Position numbers and translations under genes: made by a program. Of a stretch of DNA of 64,000 bases, positions 51,205 to 59,213 are shown in pieces. The notes beneath the pieces are model-generated. The model was not told the DNA's origin and did not search any database. It saw only the letters and a list, made by a program, of their open reading frames with translations. Each line of letters opens with the position of its first letter. The first letter of the stretch is position 1. The stretch spans positions 1 to 64,000 of the forward strand of contig CAVTQK010000023.1 of assembly GCA_963736855.1 (NCBI GenBank), written 5' to 3'. This stretch comes from an uncultured delta proteobacterium (GTDB lineage: Bacteria > Desulfobacterota > Desulfobacteria > Desulfobacterales > UBA2156).

Positions 51205-51756
51205 TTAAAATGAGATGAATTGGGTAACATTAGTATCAGGAGTATAATTTGCTGCCCGAACATCACCTGTTAGGGGTGCTCCGTCATCCATTTTTTGGTC
51301 CGTTGCCTGACCCACATCCGCCGGAACCAAAGTGGCCCCGAGCCTGTTACCCATTGCGGCAAGATAGGATACAGCAAATACACCATCAAAAGTATGTGCC
51401 GGCGCAGTAGTTCCCGTACCTGAAATAAGTTTGGCGCGCCTCAGATGGTCCCAGAAGTTGGTTATTTCGCCACCAGCAATCTGCCCATTCGCATTTCCAT
51501 TGACTGCACCCACCCAGCGAGTAGCGGCGGTGTTATCATCCCCCGGATAGAAGCCGTAGCGGTCAAAGTAAGCATAGTAGGCAGCGCGGATCCCGTCGAC
51601 ATCCGCCTGGTATCGCTTGATCTTGGAATTGTAGATCATCCCCTGCCCCTTGAGTACGCCGCCGATGAGAAGCCCGATGATCACCAGGACGATGGCGATT
51701 TCAATGAGGGTGAAACCGCGCTGATCTTTTGTTTTTTTCGAAAGCCACTTCATCAT
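51205..51756 (-). CDS. Type IV prepilin, probable major pilin
   Basis: G|FTLIEIAIVLVIIGLLIGGVLKG; strong GGGAGGA RBS; own sigma54 promoter. Confidence 0.88.
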   Translation of the reverse strand: MMKWLSKKTKDQRGFTLIEIAIVLVIIGLLIGGVLKGQGMIYNSKIKRYQADVDGIRAAYYAYFDRYGFYPGDDNTAATRWVGAVNGNANGQIAGGEITNFWDHLRRAKLISGTGTTAPAHTFDGVFAVSYLAAMGNRLGATLVPADVGQATDQKMDDGAPLTGDVRAANYTPDTNVTQFISF

Positions 51757-51781
51757 TTCTTGTTCCTCCCCTTTTTAAGGT

Positions 51782-51936
51782 TGATGGCTTCGTAAAAAGT
51801 CCAATTTCTGCGTTGCGCTTCATCCCGTTGCGATTTCGACGTACGATAAGTACGCCTCATCACACGGGATTCGCGACGCCTTGAACTTGAACTTTTTACT
51901 TTGCCATCTGATTTTCGACTTTTTACGATTTCATCA
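51782..51936 (+). mobile_element. MITE-like element type A (tandem member)
   Basis: Near-identical to the 5799 copy. Confidence 0.85.
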
Positions 51937-51940
51937 AAAT

Positions 51941-52130
51941 TGATGGCTTCGTAAAAAGCTTTTGCAAGCGAGATTGGAGCATTTTCGGAAAAAGAGATGC
52001 GAACGGCTGAGCGTTAATAATTTCAAGCTGTTTGAGGCGCTTGCGCCGAGTTCTTGAAATTTGAGAAGCCGTGAGCATCTCCCGAAAATGATCACGAAGC
52101 GAGCAAAAATAGCTTTTTACGATTTCATCA
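51941..52130 (+). mobile_element. MITE-like element type C (tandem member)
   Basis: Same termini; near-identical to the 57874 copy. Confidence 0.85.
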
Positions 52131-52190
52131 ATTTTAAATCTTTAAATCGATCGGATTTTCAAAACCGATGTTTACAATATAGCTATATCA

Positions 52191-52207
52191 AGCAAAAAGC
52201 AGGCCAA
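52191..52207 (-). promoter_or_regulatory. sigma54 -24/-12 promoter for the pilin genes
   Basis: Minus strand TTGGCCTGCTTTTTGCT (GG-N10-GC) in an AT-rich region upstream of the pilin. Confidence 0.7.
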
Positions 52208-52391
52208 AATTTCAAATTTTTTAAAAAAACTACAACCTATTGAAATCCATGAAATTAATAAGAAAAATTTCCTTGCCCGGTTACTTGCCTTAAAGGGTCG
52301 GTATTAAATTATTTAATCTTTTGACAAAAATTTGCATTTTTGACGATAATTTGTCCCCCTAATTTCGGGCCGGGGGTGCCATCCATCTCGG

Positions 52392-53960
52392 TCAGAAAGA
52401 CCCCCGAGTTCCGGGAGTGCCGATCCTGGGAGTGATGATCACCACAAGCTCTGAAACGCTTTGGGTCTCGTTCCGGTTTTTGAAAAGGGCGCCGATGATA
52501 GGGATACGGCTCAAATAAGGAATCCCTTCCTCTTCCAGGTTCCGCTCCCTGCGGATCAATCCCGCGAGAACAACGCTCTGGCCTTCTCTTGCCCGGATCA
52601 TGGTTCCCATCTGTCTGAGATCGATGATGGGGTTCCGGATATGCTGTATTCCGCCTCCAACCGTGGGGAGTTCCACGATGGCCTCTCCCTGAAGATTGGT
52701 GATGGATGGGACCACATGGAGCAGGACCTCCCCTTCCTCGGTAATGTGGGGGGTGATGCCGAGCTGAAGCCCCAGCAGGGCCCGTTTGATGCTGGAGTCG
52801 AAAATGATAGTCCCCTCCTCGCTGACGGAGACCCCTTCCACATCCCCGAAGGGGAACTGGCTCCCGATGGTGATGACCGCCGATTGACCGTTCATGACCA
52901 GAAGGTAAGGGTTGGAAAGAACTTTCACTTCTCCCTGGGTCTGAAGAAAATCGATGAGGGCGTCAACGCCGAAAATACTCACGCCGATGGCGCCCCCTGT
53001 TCCTACGGAACCGATGTCCGCCCCCTGGCCGGTGCCGATGCCGACGCCCAAATTCTGCACGAGTCTAAAGGCCCCTTCTCTCCCGAAAAGGGAAAAGCGA
53101 CTTGCCAAATCCCACTGAATACCGATCTGGGTCTGATCCCCAAAACGCACTTCCAGAATCCTGGCCTCGATCAACACCTGGCTCATGACCATCTTCCGGA
53201 CCTCCAGGACAATCCTGCGCATCCTGGCCATATGGGAGGGCCTGTCGGAAATGTACACCGTGCCCGAGGCAGGCTGGACAACCACGACTCCCTCAGAGGA
53301 TTTCATGGCCGTCAGAGATGCTCCGAGTTGAGCCCAGAGATTGGTTTCCTCCTTGGCTTCCGTGGAAGCGACGGTGAATTCGCCGATGATGCTCGAGGAC
53401 CCGCCTCCGCCCGATGAGGCGCCGCCTCCGCTCACCGAGGCGCCGCCGAGGATATCTCCTCCCACCTTGGTGGTGGTAAGCCGTGGAGTCTTAAGGTAAT
53501 CCAACCTGAAAAACGCCTCCTCATGCCGCAGCACCCTGATGGTGAGGCCTTCGATGGAGTAGAAAAAGTCGGCGCCTTCGATAATCACGGTATGCAATGC
53601 CTCTTCCAGCGTGGCATGCTTCAAATGCACATAGATGGGGATATTGATGTCCACGTTGGGCGCAATGAAGAGCCCCATGCTGCTGTCTTCCGCCAAGGCC
53701 TGTAAGACCTGGCTCAAAGGGGCGCCGTCAAAGTGAAGGGAGAAGAGCCTGGGCTTGCCGGCCGGAGGGGGCAGATAGGGTGTCAGCTTTTCCTCCATAG
53801 AGGAAGGACCGATGGGAGCCGGCCTCTTGGCAGCCTCCAGATATGCGCTCGGAAGGGGCTCCTTAAAGGCATACTTCTCCTTTTGTCCGGTAGCGCATCC
53901 GATGGCGGCTGCGGCGAAAAAAACCACGACGACTTTTAAAACTGCGGATAAACGGATCAT
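52392..53960 (-). CDS. MshL-like secretin (lipoprotein)
   Basis: Lipobox 'AIGC'; 'QVLIEARILEV', 'GIQW', 'PYLSRIPIIGALF', 'ELVVIITP'. Confidence 0.92.
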   Translation of the reverse strand: MIRLSAVLKVVVVFFAAAAIGCATGQKEKYAFKEPLPSAYLEAAKRPAPIGPSSMEEKLTPYLPPPAGKPRLFSLHFDGAPLSQVLQALAEDSSMGLFIAPNVDINIPIYVHLKHATLEEALHTVIIEGADFFYSIEGLTIRVLRHEEAFFRLDYLKTPRLTTTKVGGDILGGASVSGGGASSGGGGSSSIIGEFTVASTEAKEETNLWAQLGASLTAMKSSEGVVVVQPASGTVYISDRPSHMARMRRIVLEVRKMVMSQVLIEARILEVRFGDQTQIGIQWDLASRFSLFGREGAFRLVQNLGVGIGTGQGADIGSVGTGGAIGVSIFGVDALIDFLQTQGEVKVLSNPYLLVMNGQSAVITIGSQFPFGDVEGVSVSEEGTIIFDSSIKRALLGLQLGITPHITEEGEVLLHVVPSITNLQGEAIVELPTVGGGIQHIRNPIIDLRQMGTMIRAREGQSVVLAGLIRRERNLEEEGIPYLSRIPIIGALFKNRNETQSVSELVVIITPRIGTPGTRGSF

Positions 53961-54544
53961 GAAGGATCCCCCTTTGGTTTCGATTCCTCAAGGTTCTTCT
54001 GGGACTCATCGGCGATCCCTCTGGGGAGGGGATACCTCGTAACAGAGAGTTCCTTTACTCCCTTTGGGCCTTCCAGAAGAACGGAGAAGTCTTTTATCTC
54101 CACCAGACGATAGTTTCCCAGTGTCATGCCTTTTTCAAATCTCTTGCCGTTTAAAATGGCGTAACGCTTTAATCCCCCTTCTACGGCATTGGCTACGATG
54201 ATTCCCTCGAGGCTGGGGAGAGGTTCGACAGTTTCCGGGGGTGCCGATTTTACCGGATCGATCACGGGAGGCGAAGCGATCCGCATCGCCTTTTCGTCTG
54301 TATCTTTCAGGGACAACAGGATTTCCTGTGTGTTTTTCTTCTTCTGGTTTGCATCTTCGGCGATCCGGAAGACGTGTTCCATCTTCCCGGCAATACCTCT
54401 CTCCATGGGAGCCGTTCGCGTAAAAGCGTCATCGCTGCCGGCAATGCGTGAAAACACAAAACCTCCCGCGCCGACAAAACCGACCAGGGAGATCATTGCC
54501 CAAAAAGCAACGGGGTGCCTGGTGAGAAAATCGAACACGGTCAT
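53957..54544 (-). CDS. MshK/PilP-like protein
   Basis: TM segment; 'LEGII...AILNG' beta domain; directly upstream of the secretin. Confidence 0.6.
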   Translation of the reverse strand: MTVFDFLTRHPVAFWAMISLVGFVGAGGFVFSRIAGSDDAFTRTAPMERGIAGKMEHVFRIAEDANQKKKNTQEILLSLKDTDEKAMRIASPPVIDPVKSAPPETVEPLPSLEGIIVANAVEGGLKRYAILNGKRFEKGMTLGNYRLVEIKDFSVLLEGPKGVKELSVTRYPLPRGIADESQKNLEESKPKGDPS

Positions 54545-55044
54545 TTCCCCAAATGCACTTGAAAGGTTATTGTGTGCATCAATCTACGATGAGATGATCG
54601 ATCCTGGGGCTGTGTGACGATTCTTTCCACCACAAGGCCCGGGATCTTTTCTTCCATCATCGCCAAAAGGGCTGCTACCCGGATCAGTTCTCCCGATAAC
54701 ATTGCGTCCATGGTCAGGCTTTCTTGCACCGAACCGGGTGAGGCAGGGTTCTTTTCACTCACGCCCATTTCTGTCAAACCAAGGGGCTCACAGAGTTCCC
54801 TGATCTTTTCACGCACCTGCAGGGCGCACACTTTCGGGACCTGACAGGGATACTTCAGCCCTGAAACCAGCTTTTCAATCTGATCCCCCCTCGTTCTTAA
54901 CATTTCGACCTGCCGGATAGAGGCGTGGGCTTCTTCATAGGCGTGTCGCTTTCTCACAAACCCCTCCACCCTGAAGGCAAGGAAAACGAAGGTGGCCGCA
55001 GCCCCGACCCAGAAAGTCCCTAAGAGGATCCAATGTTTAACCAT
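54541..55044 (-). CDS. MshJ/PilO-like alignment protein
   Basis: N-terminal TM segment, coiled coil, operon position. Confidence 0.5.
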   Translation of the reverse strand: MVKHWILLGTFWVGAAATFVFLAFRVEGFVRKRHAYEEAHASIRQVEMLRTRGDQIEKLVSGLKYPCQVPKVCALQVREKIRELCEPLGLTEMGVSEKNPASPGSVQESLTMDAMLSGELIRVAALLAMMEEKIPGLVVERIVTQPQDRSSHRRLMHTITFQVHLGK

Positions 55045-56453
55045 GGGGCGGATAGCTCCAGATCAAAAAGATAGCGTTGTTGTCCCTCTGCGGCATCGGC
55101 AGGCGCCAGGGGAAAGTGGGCGATGTCTTTTTTGGCAAGCTCCGGATCCAGGGCACTGAGTCTCTGAATGAGCGCCCTGAGCTTCACCTCCAGATCCGAG
55201 GCGTTCTCTGCCCTCAATGCAGCCTTCATCCGAACCTTGGTGCTCGAACCGAATGTGATGTCCATATCGACAAGTTCCGCATCGGCATCTTTATCTTTGA
55301 GAAGCCGGGACACGCGATAGATAAAGTGGCCGGCAGCCGGCCTCTCGTAAAATTCGGTTGCCCATTGGCTGAGCCGACTCAAGGTCTCCATTCTCTGGTG
55401 GGCTTCCTCCGCCCGCGTCTCCCAGTCGGGCCGCCAAAGGGATTTCTCCCGATGGGCATGATAGGTGAAAAGCGCAAGCAAAATGCCGATGCCGATCCAG
55501 ACAAAAATACCCGCTGCGATGCCGGCACGCACCCAAGGCCGCTGGATCAGCTCCCGCTTATTAGGGGCCGGGAGCAGGTTTACGGGCAGATTGCGCTCTG
55601 TTCCCAACCTGAGGAGCGACAGAAAGGGCGAGAGGTGGCCTCCATGGTTCAGGTAAAATCGCTCCAGCCGGTTTGTTTCGGGAAACGGCAAATCGAGGAC
55701 CTCAATTCCAAGCTCCTGGGCAAGCCCCGCCTCCCAATTCTTGGAGGAAAATTCTCCGAGAAGATAAAGGCGCTTTACAGGAACCTTTTCCTGCTGGGCA
55801 AAATAGAAGAGCGATTGGCGCAGTTCGTAGGTAATGTATTGCGCATTTTTCTCGGGATCCGCGGCGGATGGAGGCTTCAGACTTCGACAAAAGGCCAGCC
55901 GGTCTTTGTTTAATGCCCATAGGGAAAAAAGGCCCGATTGTTCCAGCAGCACACAAACCCCGTGTTCCGGAGCGGACAGTCCTGATCTGAGGAACCACTC
56001 TTTGAGAAGGAAACCGGGTGTGCTGATCAATGTCACCTGGGAGCCGGTTTTTCCGACTGCCTCCCATATTCCGATAAAGGAGGTTTCCATCACGTTGGCT
56101 ATCAGGAAACCGTGTTCGGACCCGCGGGTGGATTTTCGTAAATCGTGGAAGGGGACCAGCTTGGGAGTCTGAGCGCACTGCCTTTTCAGTATGCGCTCGG
56201 CGTATGCCCGCATAAGGCTGATCTTGGTGCCTTGGAAAGGGACCCATTCTTCCTTTGCCCATTCATCCGGCAGGATGATGGCCAGGGAGGTCGACTTGGG
56301 CAGCGCCGACTCCAGGGAAGTGCTCTCCGAGGATCCTGATCCCGGGAGTGGGAAGGGGCCGTCGACTCCGTCGTGATCCCCAGGTGTTACGACCCAGACC
56401 TTGGATTGATCAACGAACAGCACTTCCTCGAATTTAAATGCGTTGTGCGCCAA
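55020..56453 (-). CDS. MshI/GspL (PilM-PilN)-like protein
   Basis: Cytoplasmic domain with 'ELRQSLFYF', 'VNLLP' before the TM segment. Confidence 0.6.
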   Translation of the reverse strand: MAHNAFKFEEVLFVDQSKVWVVTPGDHDGVDGPFPLPGSGSSESTSLESALPKSTSLAIILPDEWAKEEWVPFQGTKISLMRAYAERILKRQCAQTPKLVPFHDLRKSTRGSEHGFLIANVMETSFIGIWEAVGKTGSQVTLISTPGFLLKEWFLRSGLSAPEHGVCVLLEQSGLFSLWALNKDRLAFCRSLKPPSAADPEKNAQYITYELRQSLFYFAQQEKVPVKRLYLLGEFSSKNWEAGLAQELGIEVLDLPFPETNRLERFYLNHGGHLSPFLSLLRLGTERNLPVNLLPAPNKRELIQRPWVRAGIAAGIFVWIGIGILLALFTYHAHREKSLWRPDWETRAEEAHQRMETLSRLSQWATEFYERPAAGHFIYRVSRLLKDKDADAELVDMDITFGSSTKVRMKAALRAENASDLEVKLRALIQRLSALDPELAKKDIAHFPLAPADAAEGQQRYLFDLELSAPWLNIGSS

Positions 56454-56468
56454 CGGATCTCCTCGATC

Positions 56469-57533
56469 CTATTTGAGAATCCCACACAATCGCTCCAGTT
56501 CCTCCCGTTCGGGGGAATGATTCAGAGCGCTTTCCAACGTGATGGTGTTGGACTTAAACAATTGAAGAAGAGCCTGGTTCATGGTCTGCATGCGCGACTG
56601 AACCTGGCCCATCTGCATTTGGGAATAAAGCTGGTGAATCTGGTTTTCTCTTACAAGGTGGCGGATGGCCGGGGTGGTCAACAGAACCTCGGATACCAGA
56701 ACCCTTCCTTCCCCATCGGCCCTGGGCAGAAGAAGCTGGGAAATGATCCCTTCAAGCACAAAGGAGAGTTGCGTCCGGACCTGATGCTGTTGGTGGGGTG
56801 GAAAGACATCGATGATCCTGTTGATGGTATTGACCGCGCAACTGGTGTGAAGGGTGGCAAAGGTCAGATGCCCTGTTTCGCTGATCTGGAGGGCGGATTC
56901 AACGGTTTCCAGATCCCGCATTTCTCCGATGACCACGATGTCCGGGTCCTGCCTCAACACATGCTTGAGGGCGGGGCGGAAAGAGAGAGTGTCCGAGCCT
57001 ACCTCCCTCTGGTCGACCAGGCATCCTTTGTGTTGATGAACATATTCGATGGGATCTTCGACGGTTACGATATGGGCTTGGCGTTTCTCGTTGATGAGGT
57101 CCAGGAGAGCCGCCAGAGTGGTGGATTTGCCTGATCCGGTGGGACCCGTGACGAGGATCAGTCCGTTGGACTTCATGGCAAATTCCGTTACCACCTCGGG
57201 AAGCCCGAGATCGCCGATTTTAGGGATAAGAAACGGAATGGCCCTGAAACATCCGGCGATGCTACCGCGTTGCCAGTAGAGATTGACCCGAAATCGGCTC
57301 AGGCCGGCCATCCCAAAGGAGAAGTCAAGCTCCCGTTCCTGCATGAAGTGTTCTTTTTGTTCTGCACTCAATATTCCCAGAAGAAGTCGGGAGGTTTCTG
57401 CATGCGTTAGCGATGTGTGACTGGAGGGGAACAGCTTACCGTTGATCCTGAATTGGGGCGGGGATCCGACGGTGAGATGGAGATCGGATGCATGGCGCTC
57501 GATCATTTCCTTAAGCAGGCTTTCCAGGATCAT
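56469..57533 (-). CDS. pilT: Pilus retraction ATPase PilT
   Basis: 'ASDLHL', GPTGSGKSTT, 'ETGHL', 'AIRHLVRE'. Confidence 0.95.
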   Translation of the reverse strand: MILESLLKEMIERHASDLHLTVGSPPQFRINGKLFPSSHTSLTHAETSRLLLGILSAEQKEHFMQERELDFSFGMAGLSRFRVNLYWQRGSIAGCFRAIPFLIPKIGDLGLPEVVTEFAMKSNGLILVTGPTGSGKSTTLAALLDLINEKRQAHIVTVEDPIEYVHQHKGCLVDQREVGSDTLSFRPALKHVLRQDPDIVVIGEMRDLETVESALQISETGHLTFATLHTSCAVNTINRIIDVFPPHQQHQVRTQLSFVLEGIISQLLLPRADGEGRVLVSEVLLTTPAIRHLVRENQIHQLYSQMQMGQVQSRMQTMNQALLQLFKSNTITLESALNHSPEREELERLCGILK

Positions 57534-57873
57534 GGGTTATGCCGTTTCACCGGGTGTGCGCCAGATTCCAGATACGTGTTACCTAAATTGATCGTTTTCA
57601 ATTTGGCAAAAAAGAATTGTGTTTGAATATCTTTGTGTTGGAATGGAGTTGACCCTTCCAATTGCCCACCCATCGGGTGTACCATTTTCTTTATATAGGA
57701 CTTCGGTCGTTTGGGTCAAGTTAAAACCAATGGCGACTGACATTCCGATACTGAATCCGTTTGTGGGTGGCGATCCGATATCATGAACTCAAACGCGCCA
57801 AAGAGCGCCAAATTCATCCCCGCCATGAACGGAGGCGTATTCTGCGGCTTTTAAAAAAGTGCTTGTAAAAACT

Positions 57874-58064
57874 TGATGGGTTCGTAAAAAGCTTTTGCAA
57901 GCGAGATTTGAACATTTTCGGAAAAAGAGATGCGAACGGCTGAGCGTTAATAATTTCAAGCTATTTGAGGCGCTTGCGCCGAGTTCTTGAAATTTAGAGA
58001 AGCCGTGAGCATTTCCCGAAAATGGTCACGAAGCGAGCAAAAATAGCTTTTTACGATTTTGTCA
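57874..58064 (+). mobile_element. MITE-like element type C
   Basis: AAACT duplicated on both flanks; right flank continues as TTGACA. Confidence 0.85.
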
Positions 58065-58144
58065 AAACTTGACATGCAAGCCGATTTCTGAGATTCATCA
58101 AGTTGATAAAAGGAAATTTTTTTCACTTTCAGGAAAGAAGCGCC

Positions 58145-59056
58145 ATGGCTCAGATGCTGACCACCAAAGAGGTAGCCCAGTTCTTGAATATCAACGAAAA
58201 GATGGTCTATTCCCTGGTTTCGGAAAAGGGACTCCCGGCGACCAAGATCACCGGAAAATGGATTTTTCCCAAGCATCTCGTGGAACAGTGGATCGAAGCC
58301 AACATCCTTAACTACCCCGAGGCCAGAACCCCCCTTCCTCCTTATCAGGGGATCCTCATTTTTGCGGGAAGCAATGACCCGCTTCTCGAAAAGACCCTTT
58401 TTCTGTTCAACCGGACCCACGCCGGCCATATCGCGGTTTTCGGGAATGTGGGAAGCATGGGAGGACTTCAAGCCTTACGACAGAATCGTTGCCATATCGC
58501 CACCAGCCACCTCCTCCAGGATGATGAAACCGATTACAATTTTGATTTTGCCTCCCGGGAGCTCAATAACATGCCGGCGATCATCAACTTCTGCCGGCGG
58601 GAACAGGGGATTCTCGTTCAGAAGGAAAACCCGAAAAAAATTCAATCGGTTTCCGATTTCTGCAGGTCGGAAATCCAAATTGTCAACCGCCCCCCTGGAA
58701 CCGGCACCCGTCTGTTGCTGGATCGGGAACTTTCCAAAGCCGGGATCCCGACGAAAAAGGTGAAAGGCTATGACCATGAAGTGCAGGGCCACATTCCGGT
58801 GGGCCTGGAAATCCTTTCGGGACAAGCAGATGCCGGGCCGGCGATCCGTGCCGTGGCCTCCATGCTCGATCTGGATTTCATTCCGTTACGCTGGGAAAGA
58901 TACGACCTGATGATCGTCAAAGACCGCTTCTTCGATGAGGGTGTCCAGCTCTTTTTAGGATTCCTTCATGAAGATACGTTCAGGCAAGCTGCGGCACAGC
59001 TTTCGGGCTATGATTTGAGTCTGACCGGTAAGATGGTCTACCCGATAACACCCTGA
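58145..59056 (+). CDS. Excisionase-type HTH + PBP-like (molybdate/tungstate-binding) regulator
   Basis: 'LTTKEVAQFL...LPATKITGKW', 'GSND', 'GSMGGL', 'VNR..GTGTR', 'ERYDL'. Confidence 0.85.
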   Translation: MAQMLTTKEVAQFLNINEKMVYSLVSEKGLPATKITGKWIFPKHLVEQWIEANILNYPEARTPLPPYQGILIFAGSNDPLLEKTLFLFNRTHAGHIAVFGNVGSMGGLQALRQNRCHIATSHLLQDDETDYNFDFASRELNNMPAIINFCRREQGILVQKENPKKIQSVSDFCRSEIQIVNRPPGTGTRLLLDRELSKAGIPTKKVKGYDHEVQGHIPVGLEILSGQADAGPAIRAVASMLDLDFIPLRWERYDLMIVKDRFFDEGVQLFLGFLHEDTFRQAAAQLSGYDLSLTGKMVYPITP

Positions 59057-59080
59057 TCCCGGCGTTTCTTTCCTAAAAGA

Positions 59081-59200
59081 CTATCCCCAGGTAACGCGGG
59101 GAGCGTTCCGTAACGGAAGTCGATGATATTGAAATTTCGGGTATCCGATCATCATGGCTCCGAAGCTGACATGTTCTTCCGGAAGACTCAGAGCTTTTAA
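59081..59200 (-). pseudogene. C-terminal remnant of a nitroreductase-family gene
   Basis: 'ALSLPEEHVSFGAMMIGYPKFQYHRLPLRNAPRVTWG*' resembles a nitroreductase C-terminus; no upstream body present. Confidence 0.6.
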
Positions 59201-59213
59201 CTTTGAAAACCCG

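Noticed and set aside
51205..51756. Pilin as a Geobacter-type short e-pilin
   Set aside because: The mature protein is about 169 aa with a globular domain.
57534..57810. c-di-GMP riboswitch upstream of pilT
   Set aside because: I could not find the GEMM consensus elements by eye.
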